Shown: positions 25,450 to 34,910 of the stretch, piece by piece
How positions within the stretch are numbered: position 1 is the stretch's first letter
Layout: each line of letters opens with the position of its first letter
DNA from: Chthoniobacterales bacterium
Lineage (GTDB): Bacteria > Verrucomicrobiota > Verrucomicrobiia > Chthoniobacterales > JACTMZ01
Direction of reading: 5' to 3'
DNA: 64,000 nt
Assembly: GCA_021463515.1 (NCBI GenBank)
Contig: JAJTYZ010000114.1
Span: forward strand, 263-64,262
The notes under the pieces: generated by a model
Seen by the model: the letters and a program-made list of their open reading frames with translations, nothing else
Told to the model about the DNA's origin: nothing
Databases searched by the model: none
Program-made: the position numbers and the translations under genes

Positions 25450-28400
25450 ATGTCCGTTTCGGAAAATCCATCGTCGTCGTCCGGTTTCTCACGTCGACTC
25501 GAAGGTATCTTGCGAAATTTTTACCGAGCACGTCACGCGGGGGAGTCGTTGTTTCGGCGCGTTCTGCGGCGTCCGCGCACTGTGGCAGAAGCTCCGAATT
25601 TGCTGCCCTTACTCATTAAAGTTCTCGCCGGTTTTGCCCGTGTGGATGGAGAATTGCTCGAGGATGAAATTGACTCCAGCCTCGGCTTTTTACGCTACGA
25701 TTACCCCGAAGCGGTTTATTCGGAGCTGCGCACGCTTTTTCGTCAGGCCTTGCAGGAAAAGCCGGACCTTTCCGCGATGGCTCGCGAACTGCGCGGGCGA
25801 CTGAGTGAAGACCGCAAAATCCTTCTCGGCATCCAGCTCTACGATTTGGTGCATCGTGCCGGCATGAACAAGGACAACATGGCTGCCTATTACTCGTTCA
25901 TGGAACAGCTGGGTACGGCGTCGCAAGCCATTGATATCGTCTATCAACTCAACAGCGATGCCTTACCTCCGGAGAGTGAATTTTACGAAGCAAATGCCAG
26001 CCCGCTGGAGGCCATTATCTTTGGCTCAGGCAAGAATGTGGATGTGCCTATGCGAGAATTATCCGGCGACAATCGCCTCGCCACTTATCGTCATGGTGAG
26101 CTGATCCTCGTCAAAAATCTCTGCGATCATCCTGTCTCCGTGCAAGGCCGCGCCCTGCGTCCGGGAGAGTTTTCTCGCGTTTACCCCGGGCAGCGCATCG
26201 TCGTGGATGAGCATGTACTCACCTACCAAGACCTCGTTTACTATTTCAACGCCAAGAAAAATGTCTCTGTCGCCCACATTTTCGTCACAGTTACGGACAA
26301 AAACGAAATCCTGTTGGAAAAAAGTCAAACACGGGATAGTTCTCTCGAAGTTCGTTTTGGACTCAAAATTCTCGTCGTCGCCCTCAAAGATGTCCCCGCA
26401 ACTCTCAATGGTCACCGCCTCATCAAGGGAGAAAAAATTGAAGCAGTACTCGAAGATAAAATCATTTTCGATAATGACACCGAACTTTCTTTAAGTGACC
26501 TCCGTCGTCAGGCGCGTTCCTATGGTGGACGCTTTCACCTCAAGCAATCCAAGACGACCTATCTCGTATCTAATAATCCCGCGCTGCTCGATGAGGATGA
26601 CATTCTCCTCGCTCCGGGTGCAGGGAGTGAAATTTTGCTGAGTATTTTCTGCGATTTTGAGCGGCTTGTCGGGCGCTTAGAAGTTCTCAAAGCCGACCAC
26701 CCCGTACTCATTGGCGAAACTCCCATACGGAATGAATCCCCACTGCACGACGGAGACCTCATCCAAATTGACAGCACCCAAGCCCTGCGGTGCAATTTTT
26801 CCGAACGTTTGCTGGAAGAAGAGCGCAATGTCATTCATCACCTCGACGTTCGTGATCTCATTTGCCGATTTAACAATGGCAGCTTCGGTGTGGATGGTGT
26901 GAGTTTTTCCGCCACACGCGGAGAAATGATTTGCGTGATGGGTGCGAGCGGCTCAGGAAAAAGCAGCTTACTTCGTGCTATTGCCGGACAATTCCCCCCC
27001 GTGCGTGGCGAGGTTTTGTTCAATGGCAGTCCGCTCTATGGCAATTTCGAGGCCCTCAAACAATATGTCACTTACATTCCACAATTTGACGCCTTTGACG
27101 AACATCTCACCATTCGTGAGAACCTCAATTTCGCGGCAGCCATTCGCTCCCCTTACCTCTCCCGCCGCGAGCGTGGGCGACGGATTGATGGGAAACTCGC
27201 AGAACTTGGGCTTAACGAACGCCGCGACAGCGTCGTGGGTGCGACCCATCGCAAAACGTTGAGCGGTGGCGAACGGAAACGCCTCAATATCGGGCTAGAT
27301 ATGATTAGCTCTGCGGACATTTACCTTTTCGACGAGCCAACCTCCGGACTGTCCTCGAAGGATTCGGAGCACGTCATGGAAATCATCCGCGCCATGGCCC
27401 ACAACAAAATCGTCGTCGTTACCATCCATCAACCAAGTTCCAAAATTTTCCAAATGTTCAACAAAGCCATCCTGCTGGATCGAGGCGGGCGGATGGTGTT
27501 TTTCGGAACACCCACGGAAATGCTTTCTTACTTTGCCGAAGCGGAGCATCAGCAGCATTTCGGAACGCCCTTGGGAGGCTGTCCGTCCTGCGGAACCACA
27601 CGCCCGGAGTTTGTTTTTGATGTTTTGGAAACACCGCTGCGTGATTTGAGCGGCGATGTGATTTACGAAGAAAACGACCGTGGTCAACTTGTTCCTGTGC
27701 GTCGTTATTCGCCGGATTATTGGCGCGATAAATACGAAGTGTGGCGGCTTATGCGCGATGTTCGACAACCCGCCGCCGAGGCATCCCCGCCGGATACGGA
27801 GGCAGCATTGTCGGAATCTCGCTGGTCGTGGCGCGGATTTTTACACCGCGAACTTCTTCAATTTCGCACACTCCTCGCACGTTCTTTTATCAGCAAACTT
27901 CGAAATCGCGGCAATCTACTCACCACGCTCGTAGAAGCACCGCTCCTCGCCGCTCTCATTGGTGCCGTGCTGCGTTATTCCGAATCGGGGCATTACGATT
28001 TCGCCTCTTCTTTTCACATACCTACGTACCTCTTTCTCGCGCTCGTTGTCGCCATGTTTCTCGGACTTACCAATAGCGTGGATGACATCATTCGTGATCG
28101 CCCGGTGCTACAGCGCGAGCGCAATCTTAATGTTCGTCTAGGCTATTATATTTTGGCAAAAGTTCTCACCCTTTCCTTATTTGCCGTCATCCAAAGCGTA
28201 CTCTTCATCGTTATCGGCAATTACATTCTCGAAGTGCGAGGGATGTTTTGGATTTACCTCGTGGCAATGGGACTTACGGCCATCAGCGGGATTGCGATTG
28301 GACTCCTCATTTCCAGTCTCGTTCACGAGGGAAAAACAGCAGTCAATATCATCCCCATTGTACTCATCCCGCAGATCATTCTCGGCGGTGCTTTAATCAA

Positions 28401-29052
28401 ATATGAGGAGATGAATAAGAACCTCGATTTCGTTTATTCCGTAAGTCGCTGGTTTTCGCAAAATCCCGATGCAGGCGTTCCGCGCAGTGATCTGCAAGTG
28501 CCACTCATTTGCGAATTCATGCCCATGCGCTGGTCTTACGAAGCACTCGTTTTTGCTCAGGCAAAATTGAATCCGCTCACCGGTCGCCAAGAGGCCATTC
28601 AACGGCAAATCAATCAGCTGGCCCGCATCACGCACCTCACGGAATCAGAGCAACAGCGTCTCGATGATCTCAAGGAACTTCTTGCGGCACTCTCGGGTTT
28701 ACATGGTTACGACACACGGCAAATTTCCACGCGTTTGCGCGAAATTGACCGCGTCATCTATGGCGAATCTCCACCACCTGAACTTCTCGAACCTTCCGAA
28801 GGCGACATCAGCGCAGAACGATTGTTTGTTAATCAGAAAACCACGGACCTGGTGAATAAGGCAGAAATGGAGCAAAGCGATTATCGCGAAAGCCAATTTC
28901 TCAATGTGTTTTTTGGGCCAGAAAAACGCTATTTCGGTATCCAGTCGAGCATCCTAACTTTCAACACATGGGTGCTCATTGTCTCGTCGCTCCTCACCTT
29001 CCAAGTCCTCTACTTCGTCTTGCGTCATCAATTAAAACGTCAACTTGCATGA
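25450..29052 (+). CDS. Multidomain ABC transporter (TerB-like N-domain + three degenerate FHA-like beta-sandwich modules + ABCG-type ATPase + ABC-2 permease)
   Basis: Walker A GASGSGKSSLL, signature LSGGERKRLNIG, Walker B IYLFDEPTSGLS, H-loop TIHQP. C-terminal TM bundle with a coiled-coil insert (about 28.5-28.9 kb). The N-terminus LLIKVLAGFARVDGELLEDEIDSSLGFL resembles TerB/DjlA-N-type domains. The FHA-like call is weak (L..GD.I.I patterns only). Confidence 0.8.
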   Translation: MSVSENPSSSSGFSRRLEGILRNFYRARHAGESLFRRVLRRPRTVAEAPNLLPLLIKVLAGFARVDGELLEDEIDSSLGFLRYDYPEAVYSELRTLFRQALQEKPDLSAMARELRGRLSEDRKILLGIQLYDLVHRAGMNKDNMAAYYSFMEQLGTASQAIDIVYQLNSDALPPESEFYEANASPLEAIIFGSGKNVDVPMRELSGDNRLATYRHGELILVKNLCDHPVSVQGRALRPGEFSRVYPGQRIVVDEHVLTYQDLVYYFNAKKNVSVAHIFVTVTDKNEILLEKSQTRDSSLEVRFGLKILVVALKDVPATLNGHRLIKGEKIEAVLEDKIIFDNDTELSLSDLRRQARSYGGRFHLKQSKTTYLVSNNPALLDEDDILLAPGAGSEILLSIFCDFERLVGRLEVLKADHPVLIGETPIRNESPLHDGDLIQIDSTQALRCNFSERLLEEERNVIHHLDVRDLICRFNNGSFGVDGVSFSATRGEMICVMGASGSGKSSLLRAIAGQFPPVRGEVLFNGSPLYGNFEALKQYVTYIPQFDAFDEHLTIRENLNFAAAIRSPYLSRRERGRRIDGKLAELGLNERRDSVVGATHRKTLSGGERKRLNIGLDMISSADIYLFDEPTSGLSSKDSEHVMEIIRAMAHNKIVVVTIHQPSSKIFQMFNKAILLDRGGRMVFFGTPTEMLSYFAEAEHQQHFGTPLGGCPSCGTTRPEFVFDVLETPLRDLSGDVIYEENDRGQLVPVRRYSPDYWRDKYEVWRLMRDVRQPAAEASPPDTEAALSESRWSWRGFLHRELLQFRTLLARSFISKLRNRGNLLTTLVEAPLLAALIGAVLRYSESGHYDFASSFHIPTYLFLALVVAMFLGLTNSVDDIIRDRPVLQRERNLNVRLGYYILAKVLTLSLFAVIQSVLFIVIGNYILEVRGMFWIYLVAMGLTAISGIAIGLLISSLVHEGKTAVNIIPIVLIPQIILGGALIKYEEMNKNLDFVYSVSRWFSQNPDAGVPRSDLQVPLICEFMPMRWSYEALVFAQAKLNPLTGRQEAIQRQINQLARITHLTESEQQRLDDLKELLAALSGLHGYDTRQISTRLREIDRVIYGESPPPELLEPSEGDISAERLFVNQKTTDLVNKAEMEQSDYRESQFLNVFFGPEKRYFGIQSSILTFNTWVLIVSSLLTFQVLYFVLRHQLKRQLA

Positions 29053-29852
29053 TTCCACTCGAAGATAATTTCACCGATGTCTTACGCAAGGCGATGCACG
29101 GTCTCGGTCTCTCACCTCGCACGGCAGCGAAGGACGCAGGCATTTCCGAAAATGAGGTGCAAGAGCTATTGAATGGAAAGTTTGAAGAAGGCAAAGCGCG
29201 AGCCATGGCGACCGTTCTCAAGCTCCAAGGTGACGCTCTTGTACGTCTCGCTCGCAATCAATACGAGCCCCTCGTTGCTCTACCGGCATGGCTGGCAATG
29301 GTGACGACGCCTTTGGGAGACATGCTTGTGAATGCCTACATCGTGTGGGATCCGCAAACGCGACGAGGAGCAATTTTTGACACGGGAACTCGGGCTTCCG
29401 CAATTCTGAACGTTGTCCAACGCGAACAACTTGACGTTGCCGCAATTTTTCTTACCCACAGTCACCCTGACCATATTGCCGCACTGGATGAACTCAAACG
29501 TACTTTGGATGTCGAAGCCTGGTCGTCAGAAACGGAGCCTGTGCGCGGCACCAAAACATTTCGCCCAGGTGACTTGTTCAGTGCCGGACGTCATTTTATT
29601 CGCACGCGTTTGACTCCCGGGCACAGTCCGGGCGGGGCAACTTTTCTTATCGAGGGCTTAGAAGTGAAATTGGCTATCGTCGGCGATGCGCTCTTCGCCG
29701 GTTCCATCGGCGGCGTACATGACAACTATCCGGAAGCCTTGGAGACGATCCGTCGAGAAATTCTCGGGCTTCCCGAGGACACGATCCTATGTCCCGGGCA
29801 TGGACCCCTCACTTCCGTCGCTTTAGAAAAGGCCAACAATCCATTTTTTTAA
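29049..29852 (+). CDS. Metallo-beta-lactamase-fold hydrolase (glyoxalase II-like) with an N-terminal HTH-like extension
   Basis: Trimmed to MIPLEDNFTD (ATGA overlap with the ABC gene stop, 29049..29052). Motifs THSHPDHIAAL (HxHxDH), GHSPGG and PGHG. The N-terminal 70 aa (LSPRTAAKDAGISENEVQELLNG) looks like an XRE-type HTH. Confidence 0.8.
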   Translation: MIPLEDNFTDVLRKAMHGLGLSPRTAAKDAGISENEVQELLNGKFEEGKARAMATVLKLQGDALVRLARNQYEPLVALPAWLAMVTTPLGDMLVNAYIVWDPQTRRGAIFDTGTRASAILNVVQREQLDVAAIFLTHSHPDHIAALDELKRTLDVEAWSSETEPVRGTKTFRPGDLFSAGRHFIRTRLTPGHSPGGATFLIEGLEVKLAIVGDALFAGSIGGVHDNYPEALETIRREILGLPEDTILCPGHGPLTSVALEKANNPFF

Positions 29853-32719
29853 TGTGCGGGTGGTGGTGGTGCTATCCCGAGCAGCTTCGCAAAATCCGGT
29901 GTGCCACGTATCATCAGGTACATCGGGTCGTTCGCAATGGCCGTTCGAGCTTGCATTCCGCCAAGCTGAATGGCCTTTTGGGCCGCCTCAAAAAAGGCGT
30001 TGGTCTGACGGTTTGCAAACTCGAAGCGTGCCAGAGCCACCATCGGACCCGGATCGTTAGGAAGAAGTGCCACCAGTTTGCGTGCCGCCTCAAGCCCAGT
30101 CTCCCATTGTGCGTTGGCCGAAGAAAAATCTACGGCGAACTTTAAGAAATCCACATCATTACCAAAGTTCTTCATGGCCTCCGCCAATAATGCCTTAGCC
30201 TCGGCTGGCTGCCCCGCCTCGCCATAGAGACGCAAAAGATTGGAGAGAAGCCCCCCATCAAGAGGATTCCCTTTCTGTTCGTTCTGCAGTGTCGCAATTT
30301 CACGATCTACCTCTCGCAAGCGCGTAACACGTTGACGCCCCTTGGTCAACATACGGTTATTGGGGTCGCCGGCAATGGCCTGATCCCACAAAACCTCAAT
30401 GTCCTCCCAACGCTTCTGCGCCCGCAAAATTTCACTAAGTGCCATCAAGGACTCTAAATTATTGGGATGTAATTGGAGTGCCTGACGATAAGCACGCTCG
30501 GCCTCGGGCCACATTTTCCGCCAGCGGTAAATATTGCCAATGGAATTGCGCAATTTTGAAAATGATCGCTTTGCATCGAAATCCTCTTGGAAATTTTTGT
30601 CCCCCAGCAATCGCGTCATATAAGCATCCCAATAACGAAAATCTTCAGCAACAGCCTCAGGCGGGAGTTTCGCAAGTGGCTCTTTGTTGACGCGGTAAAT
30701 CAACCCGTGCGGAACGGCATAGGGATAAGTCCACTCCATTGGAAAACTCTCCTCGATGAAAAACTCCCGCTGATCCTTATTGTGCTCAAAAATCCATTGC
30801 GCAATCGCCGCATGGTAGAGGACACCGATATTGGGATCCTGCGGATTGCTTCCGGGCGGAAGCTTCATCGAAGCATCACGGATAATTTCCATCATCTCCT
30901 GATCATTCGGCATGACCGTCGTTCCCACAGGATATTGCTTGTCACGCCCCAACCATTTTTCAAACCATCCCTTCGCCTCCGGACGCCCCGGCGCATAATG
31001 ATCGTGGATGTACTTTTGATAAAAAGAATCTGCCAACGCATTTTGCGTTACAATGACAAGATCACGGCGGTCAAAGTCAGGGTCACGGCGAAATTTTGGC
31101 TCCACGAAACTTTCTCCGAGAATCATGTATGTCGGCACAAAACGCCCGGGATCTGTTCCACCAAAAACAAAAGCATCTTTGGGCAAATCTTTGAGCATGT
31201 CATGGCCGTACTCCCAGCCAAACCAATGACCACGCTGACTGCAAAGCGGCTCATTTTGAATCGCCGTCCATAAAGGTAACAGCGGCAACAACCACGCCAT
31301 ATACCGCAAAGTCGGCTTCGCTTCGGTCACACGCACTAGCACATAACCGGTACCCACGGCAGCAAGTAATGCAAACATCAGGTAGGCGTAACCATGGTAG
31401 GGAAATTGCAGCGACCACGCATCAATCGTGATATCCGTCCTCTCCATCACCGGCTGCAAAAACGCCGCCAGTAAAAAGCCAATAAAAAGCAGATAAAGAA
31501 AGGTTCGCTGACGTAAGGGCAGCCGAAAAATTGCCAAGACAGCGGCAAAGAAAGCAATGACCGCCCAAGGAGTGAAATTATGAATCAACTTGCCCCAGTA
31601 AAACGTGGAAAAAGCACGCCCCATCTCGAGAGTTGAAATACGCTCCGGATCCGGCGGAGGCGTAGGCTTTTCCGGTGCGGTTCCCATGCCTTTTCCTAAA
31701 AAGCGAACAATCAAATCCGAGAGGCTTCCGGAATATTGCGTGCGATTGATCGAATAGAAAAATCCTGCCGCCGTTCGCGTGTACCCCCAATTCATCGGGG
31801 GATTCGTCGCAGACGCAATGGACATGTAGGCATATGGCAAAAGCCCAAGGATCACAGCCAGTGGCACGAGGAAAATCAAACGTACATCCGTGCGTTGCCA
31901 TTTTAATACGAGCAAAACGATCACGCCCGTCATGGCAAAATAGAAAAACCGCATGGCAGTGTGCCAGGTGGTGGCGTCATTGGAAAGCCATGCAAAACCG
32001 AGGTAAACAATCGAAGCACTAAGTGCCGAAGCCACGAACACATCCCAAAACACTTCGCGTCTTATCAGCAAGGGCACCAACAGCGGCAGCGGTGCCAGAG
32101 CCAGCGTGAGGTGATGATTGCTCATGCACAGCGCAAACGTAAAAAAGGTCATTAAAATCGGCACATCCCGCTCAGGACGGCGCACCCACCAGTACAGCGA
32201 CGCAAAAAACAAGCCCACCAACAGGCCGTGAAGTGTGTAAACTTCGGCTATCACTGCCTGCGTCCAAAATGAAAAACTAAACGCAAACAACAGGCCGAAA
32301 CTTGCGGCAATGACGCCGGCCGCTACCGACGATGCCTCGCGGCCCTTTTTACTCCAGTTAGGCATCATCCAGCGCAACATGCTGGAAGCTAGTAATGTCG
32401 TCACACCCACAGCTAAGGCACCGCAAAATCCACTGAATAAATTGACCTCCCACGCAGCGTTGCCGAGGGGAAGTATCAACTGGAAAAGCCACGCCAAGAG
32501 CGTCCACAAAGGGTAACCCGTCGGGTGCGGGACACCGAAATGTTGTGCGGCTGTAATAAATTCGCCGGAATCCAACAGACCGACATTTGGCTGGGCGGTA
32601 TAAAAATAAACGACACCGCTCACGAATGCTGCAATGACTGCCGCCCATTTATCTCCTGGTGAATAAATAACCTCGCGATTTGAAATATTTTCCCCCGTTA
32701 CGTCTTTTGATCGAGCCAT
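29849..32719 (-). CDS. DUF2723 (GT-C-like, TMEM260-type) polytopic membrane protein with C-terminal TPR repeats
   Basis: Trimmed to the ATG at 32719 (MARSKD...). LLDSGEFITAAQHFGVPHPTGYPLW is the DUF2723 hallmark. About 12 TM segments, then TPR-like repeats (AERAYRQALQLHPNN...). Confidence 0.75.
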   Translation of the reverse strand: MARSKDVTGENISNREVIYSPGDKWAAVIAAFVSGVVYFYTAQPNVGLLDSGEFITAAQHFGVPHPTGYPLWTLLAWLFQLILPLGNAAWEVNLFSGFCGALAVGVTTLLASSMLRWMMPNWSKKGREASSVAAGVIAASFGLLFAFSFSFWTQAVIAEVYTLHGLLVGLFFASLYWWVRRPERDVPILMTFFTFALCMSNHHLTLALAPLPLLVPLLIRREVFWDVFVASALSASIVYLGFAWLSNDATTWHTAMRFFYFAMTGVIVLLVLKWQRTDVRLIFLVPLAVILGLLPYAYMSIASATNPPMNWGYTRTAAGFFYSINRTQYSGSLSDLIVRFLGKGMGTAPEKPTPPPDPERISTLEMGRAFSTFYWGKLIHNFTPWAVIAFFAAVLAIFRLPLRQRTFLYLLFIGFLLAAFLQPVMERTDITIDAWSLQFPYHGYAYLMFALLAAVGTGYVLVRVTEAKPTLRYMAWLLPLLPLWTAIQNEPLCSQRGHWFGWEYGHDMLKDLPKDAFVFGGTDPGRFVPTYMILGESFVEPKFRRDPDFDRRDLVIVTQNALADSFYQKYIHDHYAPGRPEAKGWFEKWLGRDKQYPVGTTVMPNDQEMMEIIRDASMKLPPGSNPQDPNIGVLYHAAIAQWIFEHNKDQREFFIEESFPMEWTYPYAVPHGLIYRVNKEPLAKLPPEAVAEDFRYWDAYMTRLLGDKNFQEDFDAKRSFSKLRNSIGNIYRWRKMWPEAERAYRQALQLHPNNLESLMALSEILRAQKRWEDIEVLWDQAIAGDPNNRMLTKGRQRVTRLREVDREIATLQNEQKGNPLDGGLLSNLLRLYGEAGQPAEAKALLAEAMKNFGNDVDFLKFAVDFSSANAQWETGLEAARKLVALLPNDPGPMVALARFEFANRQTNAFFEAAQKAIQLGGMQARTAIANDPMYLMIRGTPDFAKLLGIAPPPPAH

Positions 32720-32773
32720 ACGAATAAACCCTACAGCAAACACCGTCCCCCTGCCCTCCGCAAGCTCCACGTT

Positions 32774-33730
32774 TCAGGCAAACACACCTTTTTGCATCGT
32801 GCTAGGCAAAGGAATAATACTTACCTGTTCAGCCCATACATGCCGTGGTTGAGGGGCGGCGGCAATAGCGCAGAGGGCAAAGGCTGTTGCTATGCGTGCG
32901 GTGTCCTCCAAAGAGCCACCCTGCATCCATGAAAAGAGGGCACCCGCCAACATGGCATCACCTGCCCCAAAGGTCGCCCGCACCTGCAGGGGCGGCGGCG
33001 TCGCCAAAATAGAACCTTGGCGATTTGAAAAGCAGGCTCCTTTTTCTCCCATGGAAACAATGACAAGTTCTATTCCCGAAGCCACCAAGTCCTCGGCAAC
33101 ACATACGGCATCCGCCGTATTTGCCAACTTTCGTCTCACGAAATTTTCTAACTCAGAGAGGTTGGGTTTAATGACATGAGGCCGTGCTAAAATCGCCTGT
33201 TTAAGTGCCTCGCCGCTGGCATCCACCGCAACACGAATACCTCGTTCCTTATATTCTTCGACGAAGTCAGCATAAACATCCGTAGGTAAACCGGGCGGCA
33301 CGCTGCCCGCCAGCACCAAGCATTCGGTATCTATCCCGCGCAACAATTGCTGCAACGCCATCAAGTCACGGAGCAAGCGCGGCGTACCGGGAAAATTAAT
33401 GTCGGTCGTTTGTTGTTGCACAGGGTCCGCAATTTTGAGGACCGTGCGTGTCATTCCCTCAACCCGCAAAAATTTTTCCTCAATTCCTTCGCTTACCAAA
33501 AACTTTTCAAAAATGGCGGCGTTTTCTTTTCCAAGAAAACCGGTCGTCAGCACCCGGCAACCAGCGCGCGCTAAAGCCACCGCCGCATTGATGCCCTTGC
33601 CTCCCGGACGCGATTGCTCGCTCTCGACTTGATGCACATGCCCTGCGTGAAAATCCGGCATCACCAACATACGATCAATCGCGGGATTCAGCGTTACCGT
33701 GACGAAGGGAAAGGAACGTGGAACCATCAT
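32774..33730 (-). CDS. PfkB-family sugar kinase (1-phosphofructokinase / tagatose-6-P kinase type)
   Basis: TVTLNPAIDR...GGKGINAA...FGAGDAMLAG motifs. Trimmed to the ATG at 33730 (the track start is GTG). Confidence 0.8.
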   Translation of the reverse strand: MMVPRSFPFVTVTLNPAIDRMLVMPDFHAGHVHQVESEQSRPGGKGINAAVALARAGCRVLTTGFLGKENAAIFEKFLVSEGIEEKFLRVEGMTRTVLKIADPVQQQTTDINFPGTPRLLRDLMALQQLLRGIDTECLVLAGSVPPGLPTDVYADFVEEYKERGIRVAVDASGEALKQAILARPHVIKPNLSELENFVRRKLANTADAVCVAEDLVASGIELVIVSMGEKGACFSNRQGSILATPPPLQVRATFGAGDAMLAGALFSWMQGGSLEDTARIATAFALCAIAAAPQPRHVWAEQVSIIPLPSTMQKGVFA

Positions 33731-33732
33731 CT

Positions 33733-34746
33733 TTATTTTTCGGGAACGAACGCGATGCACATTGGGTTGCTGACGCGCAAGATGGCAGATGCTTTGCCAG
33801 GGTGTCCCAGTTTGTCTAGGGGATAAAAACGCACTTCATTCGTGGTTCGCCATGCTACGGCAAGCCATTGCCCCGTGGGATCGCAAATAACATGTTGCGG
33901 GTCTTTTCCCCCATCTTGCAACCATTCAGGGGAATGTAATGCTTGGTCGCGCACGGAAAAGATGACAACGGAATTATGCCCACGATTTGTCGCATAACAT
34001 CGTACGCCCGAGGGATGAAATGCAATTTCTGCGGCGTGTGTTACGCCCTCAAACCCTTCGGGCAACATCGAATAGCTTTTGCGAAGCTTGAGAGCACCCG
34101 TTTCTTTGTCATGCACAAACAGCGACAGCGTGTTGTCGAGTTCGTTGACAGCAATGGCAAGGGTACCATCCGGCGAGAAGGCAAGATGCCGCGGACCGGC
34201 ACTCGAAGCCGTTTCTGCACGGAGAGGCTTATTTTCATGCATCTTAAAATCGGCAATATCCAAGGCCCACAGGCGATCCGTTCCCAAATCCGCCACGCGC
34301 AAAAGATCACGATCCGGAGTGAACGTTACGCCATGGGGATGCGGCTCGGATTGCCTTTGTTTATCGGGGCCGGCACCTTGCGGTTGAAAAAGAGAAGCGG
34401 CCTTATCGAGACCGCCATCTTCGCGCAGAGGAAAAAGGGCAACGCCGCCATTGTAATTGCTCACGACGAGAAAACGCCCTTGAGGTTCCACGGCGAGATG
34501 ACAAGGAACGGCACCTTGCGATGAAACTTGGTTAAGAGGCGTTAATCCTCCATCAGCCTCTATACAAAATGCCAGCACTTGCGCGGTATTTTCATCCACC
34601 GAATACAGCACCCGTTTGCTGGGATGGTAAGCGAGGAAAAAGCTTTGCCCCCCTGCCACCACACGTGAAGCCGAGAGCCTCCCCGTGGTTGTCTCAAAAT
34701 GCGCGAGATGAATGCCGCTGTCAGCACTCGCTGTATAAATGAGCAT
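33733..34746 (-). CDS. pgl: Seven-bladed beta-propeller lactonase (6-phosphogluconolactonase, YbhE/Pgl type)
   Basis: MLIYTASADSGIHLAHFETTTGRLS...YHPSKRVLYSVDE...PHGVTFTPD...GPRHLAFSPDG. Start chosen at the ATG at 34746 by similarity to YbhE-type N-termini; upstream in-frame ATGs exist at 34845 and 34908. Confidence 0.7.
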   Translation of the reverse strand: MLIYTASADSGIHLAHFETTTGRLSASRVVAGGQSFFLAYHPSKRVLYSVDENTAQVLAFCIEADGGLTPLNQVSSQGAVPCHLAVEPQGRFLVVSNYNGGVALFPLREDGGLDKAASLFQPQGAGPDKQRQSEPHPHGVTFTPDRDLLRVADLGTDRLWALDIADFKMHENKPLRAETASSAGPRHLAFSPDGTLAIAVNELDNTLSLFVHDKETGALKLRKSYSMLPEGFEGVTHAAEIAFHPSGVRCYATNRGHNSVVIFSVRDQALHSPEWLQDGGKDPQHVICDPTGQWLAVAWRTTNEVRFYPLDKLGHPGKASAILRVSNPMCIAFVPEK

Positions 34747-34910
34747 AAGATGCGGATCATCGTAACTCAGGCAAGATGTGTCAGCATTTGTTTTCAAAAT
34801 AGCGGTGGAAATTTGGAAAGCGGCAGCAGAGTGCCGCTGCGACATCTTTGGTTGAGCGCAAACTTGGTGCCAACCTTGACAAATTTTTTTACGACGCTTC
34901 CTTTGCATGG

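Noticed and set aside
34801-34826. AGCGGTGG-N10-AGCGGCAG lies 55 nt upstream of the lactonase ATG (34746) and resembles the half-sites of boxes A-C.
   Set aside because: The core spacing is 18 bp rather than 22 bp, the GATG prefix and the TyA suffix are missing, and the stretch would be coding if the lactonase starts at an upstream ATG (34845 or 34908). It is too weak to count as a fourth box. It is worth including only in a genome-wide PWM scan.
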